Part shown: piece after piece, positions 48,266-61,588 of the stretch
Position numbering within the stretch: the stretch's first letter is position 1
Layout of the letters: each line of letters opens with the position of its first letter
Source of the DNA: the human T2T-CHM13v2.0 reference genome, Homo sapiens
Assembly: GCF_009914755.1 (NCBI RefSeq)
Contig: NC_060929.1
DNA: 64,000 bases
Reading direction: 5' to 3' (one strand)
Position numbers and translations under genes: made by a program
The notes under the pieces: generated by a model
What the model saw: the letters and a program-made list of their open reading frames with translations, nothing else
Told to the model about the DNA's origin: nothing
The model's database searches: none

Positions 48266-49255
48266 TCACAAGTTTTTAAGGCATTTGATGTATTAGTATA
48301 GATGTGTATGTATGTTAAAATGAGTTCATGCAATAGTCTTGATTAATATGCAACTTTTTGAACAAATTAGAGCGACTAAATTTTAACTTAAAAACAACTT
48401 TTTTCTTTCTTAGCACAATAAAAATAATAGTGCAGTCTTTCAGTTAATACAAGCCTTGGGTCCGATTTCTAATGATTTTAATATTTTAAATTCCCTACAT
48501 TTGTTCTCTAGGGTCCATGTGTTGTCATTGTTTCTACAAATTGTTTATGATTTGTTACAAAATAAAAATTATGTTAAACTAAATAAAATTTTAATCACAA
48601 ATGACTTATATTAATGAATGTCTTTTAGTAGAGTGAACTCTTATGAATCCTTGGAATGCTGCAAATCATAAAAATTAAATGTATTGGGTTAAGTGGTTAC
48701 CTTAACATCTTCAGTCAAATTTAATACCTTAAACTTATATTAAACTGTGATTCTTTAGATACTTGGATCATTTCCCAGTAAGAAAAATATATAGATATTG
48801 GCTACAAATATGATTTTAAATGCCTTTTTTTATTTCTACATACAGATTGGTTAAAGCTTAATATACTGTGCAGACACAGATCTTTCTAAATAGTTATCCA
48901 TATGATTTTCTTCATTTTTCCATCTTTGACCAACATGGATTCAATGTTCCCCTAAGCTTGATTAATAAGATAGGCTGCTTTCTAACTCCAGATTTTTGAC
49001 CTCCCTTTTCTTAAAGTATGTACCTTTCGGAAAACTTCCTAGAAAACTTCCAATTGTATAATCTTTCTCTGCTTTTTTGAGATGTAAATATTTTCACAAC
49101 CTCAACATTTGACAATCCATACACGTTTTTCTCAAAGATCAGGAGTCATTCCTTTGAAATGTAATCATTAAAAGAAATGAGGACCTTATCTTTCTGCCTC
49201 TATAAGACAGTAGGAGCCTAGCATCCATAGCACCAGTTAACAAACCCAGACGGCC

Positions 49256-49948
49256 TGTATTTTTAGTCTGTTCTTGCACTGCTATAAAGAACTACCTGAG
49301 ACTGGGTAATTTATAAATAAAAGATGTTTAATTGGCTCATAATTCCACAGGCTGTACAAGAAGCATGACTGGGGAGGCCTCAGGAAACTTTCAATCATGG
49401 CAGAAGGGGAAGCAGGCACATCTTACATGGCCAGAGCAGGAGAAAGGGAGAGAAGGTGGAATGGCTACGCGCTTTTTTTTTTTTTTTTTTTTTTTTGAGA
49501 CTGAGTTTCACTTTTGTTGCCCAGGCTGAATTAGCAATGGCACAATCTCGGCTGACCACAACCTCTGCCTCCCAGTTTCAAGCAATTGTCCTGCCTCAGC
49601 CTCCTGAGTAGCTGGGATTACAGGCATGTGGCACCATGCTTGGCTAATTTTGTATTTTTAGTAGAGATGAGGTTTCACCATGTTGGTGAGACTGGTCTCA
49701 AACTCCCGACCTCAGGTGACCTGCCTGCCTTGGTCTCAAAAAGTGTTAAGATTACAGGCGTGAGCCACTGCGCCCGGCCGGCTATACACTTTTAAACAAC
49801 CAGATCTTGTGAGACCTCACATGGCAAGAACAGCAAGGGATAAATCCATCCCCATGATCCAGTCATCTCCCACTAGGCCTCTCCTCTAACAGTGGGGATT
49901 ACAATTCGACATGAGATTTGGTCAGAGACACAAATCCAAGCCATACCA
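49256..49948 (-). mobile_element. MSTA-type MaLR solo LTR, interrupted by AluSp
   Basis: tgtatttttagtctgttcttgcactgctataaagaactacctgagactggg...catgagatttgg...caaatccaagccatacca. Confidence 0.9.
49473..49779 (-). mobile_element. AluSp-type Alu
   Basis: gcaatggc, ctcggctgaccacaacc, ttggtgagactgg; diverged TSD ggcta(cg/ta)c(g/a)ctttt. Confidence 0.9.
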
Positions 49949-52900
49949 TTGCCTAATAACATTAACCAAATTCTCCCCTAACTTCTTTCAGCACTTTTCT
50001 ACTAAGACATCCTGGTGCTTAAAACCTCTCTCACATTTTATTTTAGTGCAGTTCATTCCAATCAACCTCCTTATTTCAATAGTCTTGAATAAAGTCTTTC
50101 TTGCCTGTTTAATTCCATCTAGAACAATTTTACATTGACATTTTCTAAAAAATGACATAAAATATATGCCCATAAAAAAAATCTATTATTCTTAGTTTCC
50201 TGCTATCTAGAGTTCTTTTATTATCAGGGAAAAAAATCATTATTTAAATGTGATAATTCATATATATTTTTACAGAGTAACTGAAATATGCATGAAAGAT
50301 GAATATTTTGTCTATTGTTCATTAAGATGAAAAACCAATAATATAATGCATTTATTGTGTTGTTTAATATGATGATAGGTTATATTTTAAGGCTAAAAAT
50401 AAAAGTCTTAATTGAATATTAAGGTTAATTTAAAAGTTTAATAAATAAAATTTTAAAAAAGCAAATTTGAGAGCATACTATAATTTTTAAAAATTTGAGA
50501 AATGTGATTTACTTAATTTATAATATACACATATTATTTCAAAAGAAATAGTAAATTATCTTAAATTGTGTTGACAAACCTGAGTCAATACGAATAGAAT
50601 CATTTGTAAAGTAATATGATTAAGTCTTGACTACAAATTATAACTCAGATACTTAATGGAAATTAAAATTAAAATTTGAGCTTCTTTTCTACAAACTGAT
50701 GAAGTTATCCTGTGCCTAGAAAATAGAGGATGCTTTTTCTTGCCAAAATGTTTATAAACTCTTTGAACTTCTAACATACTATTATTTTGAGCAAAAATGC
50801 CTTTAAAAAGTTACATTTTTAAAAATTGTAATGTACATTTAAAAACATTACAATTTTTAAAAAAAATTTTTAAATTTAAAAAAATGTAATGTACATTAAA
50901 AAAGTAATGTGTTATTAATTTTTAAAAAATAAATTCTCTGTAACTATATCTTCCCTTTAGTTGTTACAGCTTGTTGACTCCAAAACCCTTTCTTGATTTT
51001 GTGTTAATAAAATTTACTCCTGGTGTCTTTTAGACCAAACCTGTCCCTATCCACCTTTGTTAGAGTGGCTTTGACTGAAAACAGGTCACTAAGGTTCCTT
51101 AATGACTGGTATTGACTTTGTAGCACAAAAGCCTATTGGCTGCTGTCTACATACAGAATATGTAGAATATAGAATATTGAATATGTAGGATAGAAGTCAG
51201 TTATCTCAGTAAAGTGGTACCTGCCTCAGAATAGCACTGGATTTAAGCAGGAATTTATTTCCACCCATAGTTCTCAGGAGGGAGAATGAGAGATGGGAGA
51301 GATGAGGATAGGAGAATTGAGAGTTCTTTAGATATCTTAATGTTTCAAAGACCAAAAGCAGCCTCTGTTTGAGTTCACATGCTTGAACCACTAAAGGGAA
51401 ATTTTTAAATGCCTATATCTGCTCCCAGAGCTTTTTTCTTTTTATGTTTTATAATAGGCATGAAAATAAGCAGACTGTATCATGCTATATAGTTCAGAGA
51501 ATATATGAACTAGAGATTGTCACTAAGACTATCAGGCTCATCATAAGAGAAGTTTATGAAATTAGACAAGCAGTGTTTCAAATAGGGCTGTTGTAGAAAT
51601 AATACTGTCCACTGGAGGTAGAGTATATGATGCCTAAGAAGACTATTATATTTACATTCTGTAGACTTGTCCATTACATTAAATATTTCTAAGAAAACAA
51701 AAACATCGTGAAACTAGGCAATTTGCTTAATACTTCCTGAAAATATTCTTTTGTGAGTCCTTTGGATTGGTGGATGGGATATAGGATATGTTATTAAACT
51801 CTCTTGGCTTCTGCTTTACAAATGAACTACACTACAGTATTAGAATAGACACAATAGAAAAGTCCCCTTTCATGTATAAAGCAATTATAGGTAATGGGGG
51901 CAGAAAATTAAATTCTATTAATGTATAATAATATATTAAAGAAAAGAGTTATGTTGCTTTAAGAAGGGACAAATAGAGGTCATATGAAAATTTATTTGAG
52001 GATAAAAATAATTAAAAGCCAACAGCTTAACACAGTTGCCTGAGATCATAAAGATTAAGAAAACATATTTCATATTAAGACCTAACAAGGACATTAAATA
52101 AGATCACAAAATTCAAGGCATGAAAAAAAGACATTTTAATGTCTTCATTCATTATTTTTTGATAACAACACTTTTTAAATAGATCCCAATTTGAAGCATC
52201 TCAACAAAATACAATTTTATGTCATATTATGTACAATAGTTTTATTTACAAAATACACTTAATTCTAAAAATTATTAAAATCACAGCAGCTTTAATTCTA
52301 TACTGTATATCATCACATAAATGTGAAATGTTTTGGGAAAGGAATCTAAATGTTAACGTAAATGCCTTAAATATAACTCTTCTGATAACTCTTAAATGCA
52401 ATTTGATCAATATTTGGGATTATGGAAAGAGTGTTGAATTGCTATGAAAATCTATAGCTGAACGTCTTATATTCAGTTTTTGCAATGCTTCCAAAAACAG
52501 GAAACAATGCAAGCAAAGTGCCACAGCTGGAGTTTAAACAAATGTCCATCCTTTAAAGTTTTTCAAAGCATTTTAAACATCTTTTCTTATGGTTCTTGAC
52601 AGCCGAGGGCAAACAAGGTTCTTTGTCAATTTATGACTAAGCCAATACCTATAAAGATCCTCTGAGATTACTGTAAGCTCTAACTAATGTCCATTTCCTT
52701 TATGCTACATTTGGGCATTCAAGAGTGATGTCTTCCTAGGTGGCTATCAGTCTCCCAGGCTCATTTACCTGAATACATAAAATGAAAAGTGATGAGCTTT
52801 TGGGGTGGACTTAATATTTGGCACATTAAAAGCTAATTTATTATAGATTAATATGACCTTAACAATACCACCTTTTCTTCATTTCATTTTACTTTTCAAG

Positions 52901-53230
52901 TAAGAATAAAAAGACCTTATGGGATAAGGACAAGCTGACTTAAACAGATTATGGATTGTCAAGTTTCATATGTGTGTGTATTTTATATACACATATAGTC
53001 CCTAAGTTGAAATCCATGAATGATATGGATTCTAGAACATACTAAAGATGTAACTTTGGCTTGAAGAGTAAGAAGTCTTTATTATTTTACTTAGGTAAAA
53101 AATACAATATTTCTTTTTCACGTAAAAGTGAATTTTGCTTAAAACATCAATGCAAAAACATAAATGTGCTCTGATGAGCAACTAAAATTTAGGTGAGGAG
53201 AATACAGACATACATTTTATTTTTTAATAA

Positions 53231-53535
<305 letters not shown>

Positions 53536-53602
53536 GACAATTGATTTTTAAAAATTACATAAAGCCATATTTTATAAGATTTGATGAAAATGTAGTCAGA
53601 AT

Positions 53603-53640
53603 ACACACACACACACACACACACACATGCACGCACACGC
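53603..53640. repeat. (CA)n microsatellite
   Basis: acacac run ending in gcacgcacacgc. Confidence 0.95.
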
Positions 53641-54151
53641 TAGGTATTGGCATAGATTCACAGATATTCTAGCATCCTTGAAGACAAACATCATCTAGGT
53701 ATTTTCTACATGTACCTGAAAAGATGCTGGCCTAGAAGCCACTGAAAACCTGTGAAAAACTCTTACTCCTGGAGGATGTGCTTATTATGAGAGTAGGCTA
53801 AGGATTCATTTGCCAAGAACCTCGACCTTAACACTTTTGAACTTGCAATAATAGACTTCACCAAATTAAAGCCCGTGTGAGCTGACACTTTTTGTTTAAA
53901 TAACAAGTAACTAGAAAACTATGTCTACAATAGTAATGTAACTTACTTCAAATGATCATAATTTTTGTTTGAAAATATATCAAAATCCTTTAAGCTTCTT
54001 TCATATAAATTTTAAAGGTTTGAAGTAAAATTAGTTTATATCTATACATATATACATATAATTATTAATACTTTTTTTATAAGCATCTCACTTCCAAAGG
54101 AAATCTTTGTACATGTAATATTACTTTTCAAATTCCAAAAGCCTTGATTAC

Positions 54152-54165
54152 ATGGATGGATGGAG

Positions 54166-54209
<44 letters not shown>

Positions 54210-54214
54210 GATAG
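54152..54214. repeat. (GATG)n/(GATA)n tetranucleotide STR
   Basis: About ten uninterrupted GATA units. Confidence 0.97.
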
Positions 54215-54689
54215 AATATTTTTAAAATATATTTTAACTGGTTTAACAAAATCGCATCTCTAGGTTTAGGGAAGCAGCTGGTTTGACAATGGCTGTATTA
54301 ATAGTGGGAAAGACAAAATTGTGGTCACGAACACAAAAGCAAACCTAACTTGCATGAAAAACATCACATGAGACTCTATATAAATCATTGCAGCACAGCA
54401 ATTTTTAATACATAATCTTAAACATAAGTATGTCCAATGCCGGTGGGAACATAAAAATAGCATCTTTAATAGATTGACCTTAAAATCCTTGCTCAGATGT
54501 TAATGTGAAAAAAAAATCTCTCTAGTTACTGATGAGACAGACTGGCATTAGATCTGCTTTGGTTGGGATGATGCTACATTCTATGATAGAGTGAACTATA
54601 GGGTTGCAGTGCTAGGATTAGAGTTGTGTCCTTCTATGGTAGCACTAGGAGCAGAGTGATGTCACTCAGCAGAGGATGATGCTCTAAGG

Positions 54690-54985
54690 TGGTGCTGGGA
54701 ACAGAGCACTGTGTCTTTCTCTGTGATAGAGTTATATACTACAGAGTGTTGCAGATGAGAAGGCCTTGTGTTGCCAGGGAGGTTTTCACAATGAAGTGAC
54801 ATTCCACATGAGATCTGAATGGATACACATGGAACTCTGGGAAAAGCATTCCAAAGAGTGGAAAGTGATTGCTCAAAACTCAAAGGCAAGATAAAATATA
54901 AAAGAAATTAAATAACTCCAAGGAAGTTATTGTCATCTGTTAGTAATGCATTCATTCAACAAATATGTATTGAATGCCAGCCATT
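54690..54985 (-). mobile_element. L2 fragments
   Basis: gagatctgaatggata...gggaaaagcattccaaagag and cattcattcaacaaatatgtattgaatgcc. Confidence 0.55.
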
Positions 54986-55984
54986 TGAATGCAGACATTT
55001 CTTTTACAAAACAACAAAATTTGGGTTTACTAGCTTTTTTTAATGTTGAGGCCATATGCAACTACTTCCCTGACCATTACTTTTCCTTTTGCCCCACATA
55101 AATCAGAGGAGAATTTCTCTTTTTTGCCTAGTCATTTTTTATGCCAATACGTTAAGTATTTTATAAATATATGCTAAATAGTAAATATATTACATAAAAT
55201 ACATTATCAATGGAATTAGTGCCCTACCTAAATAACTGATTTTTTTTTATGACTGATAAAATTTTTAAAAATGTCCTGAGGTTTTCCTGTGCAGGTCAGA
55301 AGTCTGAATAAGCACTCATTTAAAGATTCATTTATCTTATCAATATCATGGTCAATATAAATCAATCAAATAAAACCAATAATATCAGGAAACCTAAGAA
55401 AGCAGAAACTTCCATATTTTATAGACTTTAAAACTGAGAACAAAATTACTTTTCATTAATAATCAAGCTCTTTTTTAAAAATAAAAATAATAGCATGGCC
55501 ACTAAAACATAAAGAAGTTAAATCAGAGAACTTGAGATTTAAGCAAGAGGCAGCAATGAAAGGCACCAAAGAGGTAAGGGATGGAAAAGCTTGGGAAGAA
55601 TGTCAGACGAGAAAACTTGTTCTTTACTTCTCCTGTTTTCATATAGAGGGATATTTATTCTGGTAACACTTCAGGCTTCCTGTCCTACCCCTTCCTTTGG
55701 TATGACCCAGGGGAGTAAGGGAGACTCACTAAATAACGATTCAGGAATAAACCTGGACATGAATGAGTAAGCTTCCTCTGACTTCTCTTCTAATCACCTG
55801 CCTGACAGACGGTGCCTTCTGGTCTGTTGAGAAGTTTGAAGTTGTGTTGGTTAATTTTACTCTAGTGTGACTATAAGGAAATCACATATTACACTTACAT
55901 CCCATCCACCAATCTTTCATCAGTCATTAATAAAGCTAACACTTGACCCCCACCTGTTCGTTCCCTACTTTTGTTTCTCAACTG

Positions 55985-56155
55985 CTTCTGTACCATTAGT
56001 AATTTTGTGACTTTGGGCAAAACACAAATACTCACCCTGCCTCAACGTATTCATCTGTAAAATGAAGATAAGTTTTTGAGGGTTAAATTAATATTATTAA
56101 CATTCGTCAGTGCTTAGCCATATTTGGCACATGGTAAGCACTATTCAAATGTAGT
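55985..56155 (+). mobile_element. MIR
   Basis: tgtgactttgggcaa...cctcaacgtattcatctgtaaaatgaagataa...tggcacatggtaagcact. Confidence 0.75.
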
Positions 56156-56581
56156 TAAATAAGCATTATTTAGTTGTTCCTTTACAACTCCAACAGTGAG
56201 GCCAGAGAGGTATCCATGCTTCATCTCATTCAAGTCATTATTGACCAAAGAAAGACATGTGAAAATTGTTTAAAGCACAGCAGAATGCATTGTGAATCCT
56301 GGATTGTAGGAAAGTACAAAGCAGAGTTAACGTTGGCTGTTGCAGCAGTCTACAGAAGATGTGATGCCGACATGAGCTAGAACAACAATTTTACAAAGAT
56401 AGATAGAGTATAGTGGAGAGATTGCTTGGGAAAACCTTTCTCACACTGTTCTACAGTTTACAACACTTATTACAAACTTCTCAACCACCCCTAGTCATTA
56501 GGAAGAGATTTTTCACTGTAGTCAGGCTACTCTCTCGGTCACCTCCAGGCAGCCTATTTTTTTTCTCACATAGATACCTCT

Positions 56582-59074
56582 TATATGGATCAGATTGAAT
56601 GATATTCCCCAACAATGTCTCTAATATGTCCTAATTAATGGAAACTGGGAACGTCACTTCTTAGGGAAAACGTCTTCACAGAATTAACAAAGTTAAAATC
56701 TTAAAATAAGGAGATCACCCCGGATGATTTGAGTGAGTCCAAAATCCAATGACATGTCCTTCCAAGACAAAGGTAGAGGGAAATTTGAGACAGACAGAAT
56801 AAGAGAATACACAAAGGAGAAAAGGAGACAATTTTACCAAAAAAAGGAAACGTTAGAGTGAAGTGGCCATAAGCCAAGGAAGTCAGGAACACTAATGACT
56901 ACCAGAAACTTTATATGGCAAGGTACAGAATCTCTACTAGGTCACTTAAGGAAATATGGCCTTGCTGACACTTCGATTTAAGACTTCCAGCCTCTAACAT
57001 TGTGAGAGAATATATTTATCTTGTTTTAACCACCCATTTGTACAGGCTGTCACAGGAAGCTAATGAAGATATTGGCATCTGGAAGTCAGGTTCTGCTACA
57101 ACAAATACCGAAAAAATAGCTACAACAAATACTGAAAAAATACCGAAAAATGTGGCTTTGAAATTTGGTAACGGTTAAAGACTGGAAGAATTTGGAGAAG
57201 CACAATAGAAAATTCCTGAATTGTCTTGAAGAGACTTGGTAGAAATATGAATGTCAGGTTAATTCTGATGTGCACTTAGATGGAATTGAGAAACATGGTA
57301 GAGAAAGTCTCTAATGCCTTGGAGAATAAATAAATTTCATAGATTGAATGTTGGTGTAAATATGACTGTTAAATGCACAATGGAGAGGATTCAGAAGTAT
57401 ATATATTTGGAAGCCAAGGGAAAGTTAATCCTTGTAGTGGTCAGAAACTTGGCTGAATTGTGTTTCCCTCTTTGGCGAGATGTAGAATTTGTAAGTGATG
57501 ACTTTAGCTGAGGAGGTTTCCAAACAAAATGTTAAGAGTGCAGCCTGTTTTTTCTTTACTGCTTATTGAAAACTGTGAGAGAAAAAAATAAATTGAGGAA
57601 GTAACTATTAAGCAAAAAGCAACCAGCATTTGATGACTCAAGAGGTTCTAAGCCTGTACAAATTGCAAAGAATACTACAATTAGAAAATTCACTGTTGGA
57701 AACGTGTGCTGTTAAGAGAAGTCCAAAGATATTACTGGACAACCTTCTGCCAAAGGATTACAAATTAAAAATTTACTTTTAAATCTCATTATAATCTGAG
57801 AATAGAAATGGTATTATCCAGAGGAAAAAAAATCTATGGAGGACTCTCGTCTAATGATATGAATCACTGTGATTCACACAGGAGAACCACTAGGTTTTTG
57901 AGACTGTTATAGCAGACATACTGCTAGCTTGGACCAAAAGGAACGTAAGATGATAATATGACAGAAAATTGCAGGATTTTCAAAAATCTACAGGCAACAA
58001 ACAGAAATATAGAGCTACTCAGCTGTAAATGTGTGTGAACCTTCAAGGAAAAGGAAGAATTACTCAAAGGCAGAGGCTGGTGGAGCAATGGGTGTAGAAA
58101 CTAAAGCAGATGGAATCTCATGCCCACAGGAGTGAGCCTCAGGCCAAGAGAAAGGAGCTGTGAGTTACAAAAGATTAATTACTCTGAGACCCTGAAACCT
58201 AATGGGATTTGTCTTGTTAGATTTCAAACTTGCTTGGGACTGGTAACCTTTTCATTGTTTACAATTTCTGCCTTTTGGAATGGGGCCATCTATCTTATGC
58301 CAAGCCCACCATTATATTTTTAAGGCAGATAACTTGTTTTCTGGTTTCACAGGTTCATAAATGGAGAGAAATTTTGCCTCAAGATGAATCATATCCAAAG
58401 TCTCATGCATATCTAAGTTAAATTATCAATTTTGGCTTCTGGGTTAATGATATATAGAGGAGATTATAAATTTAGAGTTTGTGCTATAATGGATTTAGAC
58501 TTCCAAGTATGCCGGGATAGGTTGGCTATTGTTGCATATAGATTCACATAAATTTTCAGGGGCTGAGGTTAGACTGTGATAGGACTGGATGGTGACTATC
58601 ACAAAGATAATTTCACATCTTAAACCCCAGAACATGTAAATGCTAACTTATCTGGGAAAAGAATCTTTGCAGATGGAATTAAATTAAGGCTTTTCAGATG
58701 AAGATACTAGCCTGGATTATCTGAGCAGGATCTAAATCCAATAGCAAATGTCATTATATGGCAAAGGTAGAGGAATCTTTGAGTCAGACAAAAGAGGAGA
58801 AGACGTATGGAAGAGGAGGATGCAGTATGACCATGGAGGCAGAGATCAGAGTGATGTGACTGTAATCCAAGGAAGCCAAGGGTTGTCAATGGCCACCAGA
58901 AGCTACAATAGGCAAGAGAAGCATTTTCCCATTCAGCGTCTGGAGGCATTGAGGCCCTGCCAACACATTGATTTTGGACTTCTGCCTTTTTTAGTTGTTA
59001 GAGAATGAATTCATTTTGTTTTAAACTACCAAGTTTTTAATAATGTGTTTGGGCAGCCACAGAAAACTCATACC
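56582..59074 (+). mobile_element. Full-length MLT1C-type MaLR provirus: 5' LTR ~56582-57067, internal ~57068-58574, 3' LTR 58575-59074
   Basis: Two homologous LTRs (aaatccaat...caaaggtagagg, ccaaggaag, tgttttaa, cacag(g/a)aa(g/a)ct) around MaLR-int text that starts gatattggcatctggaag and ends in a purine-rich stretch. Confidence 0.82.
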
Positions 59075-59159
59075 CTTTAATACAATCCTCTCACATTTAA
59101 CCTGATATTAGGCTCTGTTTCTCTAAGTGCCTGACATAATACAACTGAGAAGATTTTTA

Positions 59160-59500
59160 CAAAGTTTTGTATACAAAACTGGGAATTAATTTTTTTCTTT
59201 TGGACATATTAAATATAAGATATGTCTAATATATCTAAGCAGAAATGTCATGTAGGCAGTTTGATATTTGGGTCTGAAGACTAGTGGAAATGCCAGTCCT
59301 GGAGAAATAAATGTAGGGAACATCGCCACGTAGATGATATTTAGTGATATGGAGCTGTATGAAGTATCCTGTTAAAAATGTTGTAAATAAAGAAGAGATG
59401 GGTAAGGCCTGCCCTGGAGGACTTCTGCATTTTACATACTCTCTGAGAACATTAAGCCAGTGAAGAAAAATAAGAAGAAAGAGTCAGTAAGGATATGTGG
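59160..59500 (-). mobile_element. L2 fragment
   Basis: gcagaaatgtcatgtaggcagtttgatatttgggtctgaaga...gtagatgatattta. Confidence 0.6.
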
Positions 59501-59922
59501 TTTGTCTGCCAGATAGTGCCTAACTCCCTCCCCATCTTTAACCTCATTCCTTGCCTCCTGCCTTAGCCTTCTTCCTCTTTTGTCCTCCAACTGTTCTTGG
59601 ACTCAATATTACAGAAGTTGATTCATGATGATTGAATCCTTGATTTATATCAATGATGATTGGGCTGCACATTTTATAAGATTTTTTAAGCTGGGATTTT
59701 TATTACTTTTTAAAAATTCTTTTGAAATATTACCCAAAGACAGACCTGTGTCAAAATATAAGAACCATGTAAATATTATCAAAAATAAGCAATTTTTTCT
59801 GTTCAGTGTTTCTAGTGTACAATGAGAAAATGAGGGAACACCAGATGCCCTGGAGAGGTCAGCATCAGAGGGCACTGAGGACTATAAAAATCTGGCTGAA
59901 TCAAAATTTCTCCAGTTACTCC

Positions 59923-60440
59923 TGTGGAGCAAAGGAGACTTTCTGCCTGATGCACTAGAAGCTAATGCTATGACACTGGGTTTTTGAGAAAAGAAAAGTG
60001 TTCTATTACAAGCCAACCAGTGAGTCCAGCTCAATTCTGTCTCCCTGCACTGACTTTAAGGCAATAATTTTATTAGAAAAGGTTTAGGGAGTAGATTCTG
60101 GGATTAGCAGGTGACTGATAGAAGGGAAGGGGAGGTCTGGAAAGTCCTCGGGCATGTACAGTTATCTCTTCATGCTGCCTGATGGATCAAATGAGCAAAT
60201 TTGGAGGTAGTTAGTATAAAACATGCAGTGTAAATTCAGGCTTCAATGTCAGCAAGCTTGTTCTGCCCAAACTCCAATGGGTCATATTGGTTCCAACTGA
60301 TTTCAGCCAGTTTTTAAAATCTCACAGTTGGAGGAAGTTTCAGCATTTCAGCAAGTTGGTTCTTTTCTAATCTACTATCCTACAAACTCAAGATTTTCTG
60401 TTAGTCATTGGTTTCTTTAACTCTTTGGGGCATGGTTTCT
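59923..60440 (-). mobile_element. ERV1 (MER4-group-like) solo LTR, family not named
   Basis: Minus strand begins (a)gaaaccatgccccaaagagttaaagaaacc and ends ...ccaca; 4-bp TSD ctcc at 59919-59922 and 60441-60444. Confidence 0.75.
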
Positions 60441-60599
60441 CTCCTACTGTCTGTCGTACCTCCTAAAATATGCCCAATAGCTTTTTTCTTCTTCAGATCC
60501 TGTTTCTTTCTTATCTGCCATTTACTCTGGATCAATATAGCATTAAAATACTCATTGCTTTTCTCTCTTCTCTTTTACGTATATAAACTTTGGTGTATC

Positions 60600-61260
60600 A
60601 GAGTCTGCTGGTAACCTCTCAATACTCAATATTCATCCCTCTTTTCTTTAGGTGGGAATTTGGCCACCTCCTAAAAAGACAATATCTCCCTGCCTCCCTT
60701 GTAGGTAGATGAGGCTGTTATTAAGATGTAGCCGGTGGAATGCAAAAATTATTATCACGTGGCAGATTCCACAAATATTCTCTCAAATAATCATGGCAAA
60801 GTCTCTTTCTCCTTTCACCCTTTCCCAATGGCTGGAATGCAGACAATGCCAGCCTTCAAAATAGACACTAGCAGGAGAGCAACAAGATGAAAAAGAATGT
60901 CTGTCCCATGAACACACTGAGCCAAGCCAGTTTATAAGCCTACTTAAGAACATTTAATTGAGAATTGTGTATCTTATTTTCAGCACTTTTAATTGGAGGT
61001 CATTGCAATTTACATTTGAAACTAATTGCAATTGATTCCAGGTTTTTTTTTTTTTTTTCTTTTGGAACTGAGTTGCTTCAAGTAACAGAACACGTATCAT
61101 TGGCTTAATGGAAGTTGTCCAGCAGCAGATGGCAAGGATTGACATTACAGACTAGAATTTTGTAACCTTATAATGCAGTAGCAAAATATGGTAAATCTTT
61201 CCTGTTACCTGCATATGGCAAATCAGGCACTGGTAAAGTAGTAGAATAAGAAGCAGTTAT
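60600..61260 (+). mobile_element. MLT1I/J-like LTR plus the start of its internal region
   Basis: tctccctgcctcccttgtaggtag, tggctggaatgcagac, followed by int-like ttggaactgagttgcttcaagtaac. Confidence 0.5.
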
Positions 61261-61267
61261 AAGATAT

Positions 61268-61588
61268 TGCTACAGTTTAATTGTATTTCTCCAAAAATCG
61301 TAAGTTGAAGCCCTAATCCGTGGTGCTTCAGACTATGACTATATTTTGACATATGGTCCTTAAAGGAGGTAATTAAGTTAAAATGAGGTTATTATGGTTG
61401 GCCCTAATCCAATATGATTGATGCCCTTATAAGTCAGGAGGAATTTAGGACATATGCAGGGGGAAGGCTATTTAAAGACACAGGGAGAAGATGGCCATCT
61501 AAAAGCCAAGAACAGAGACCTCAGAAGAAATAAACCCTGCTGACACCTTGATCTTGGAATTCTAGCCTCCAGGATTTTAATAAAATGA
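61268..61588 (+). mobile_element. MLT1B-type LTR, 3'-truncated
   Basis: gaggtaattaagttaaaatgagg, ccctaatccaatatga, gaagatggccatct, ccctgctgacaccttgatcttgg. Confidence 0.85.

Larger units (their letters stand above)
48905..50140 (+). mobile_element. MER31/MER67-like ERV1 LTR, interrupted by an MST LTR
   Basis: ctttgaaatgtaatcat...gtaggagcctag on the left; aatagtcttgaataaagtctttcttgcctgtttaa...ttgaca on the right. Confidence 0.6.

Noticed and set aside
56174-56380. 68-aa ORF in unique-looking sequence
   Set aside because: Non-ATG start, no recognisable homology and no convincing splice-site pair.
59163-59180. Perfect 18-bp palindrome agttttgtatacaaaact
   Set aside because: About one 9-bp-arm palindrome is plausible by chance in 64 kb of AT-rich DNA.
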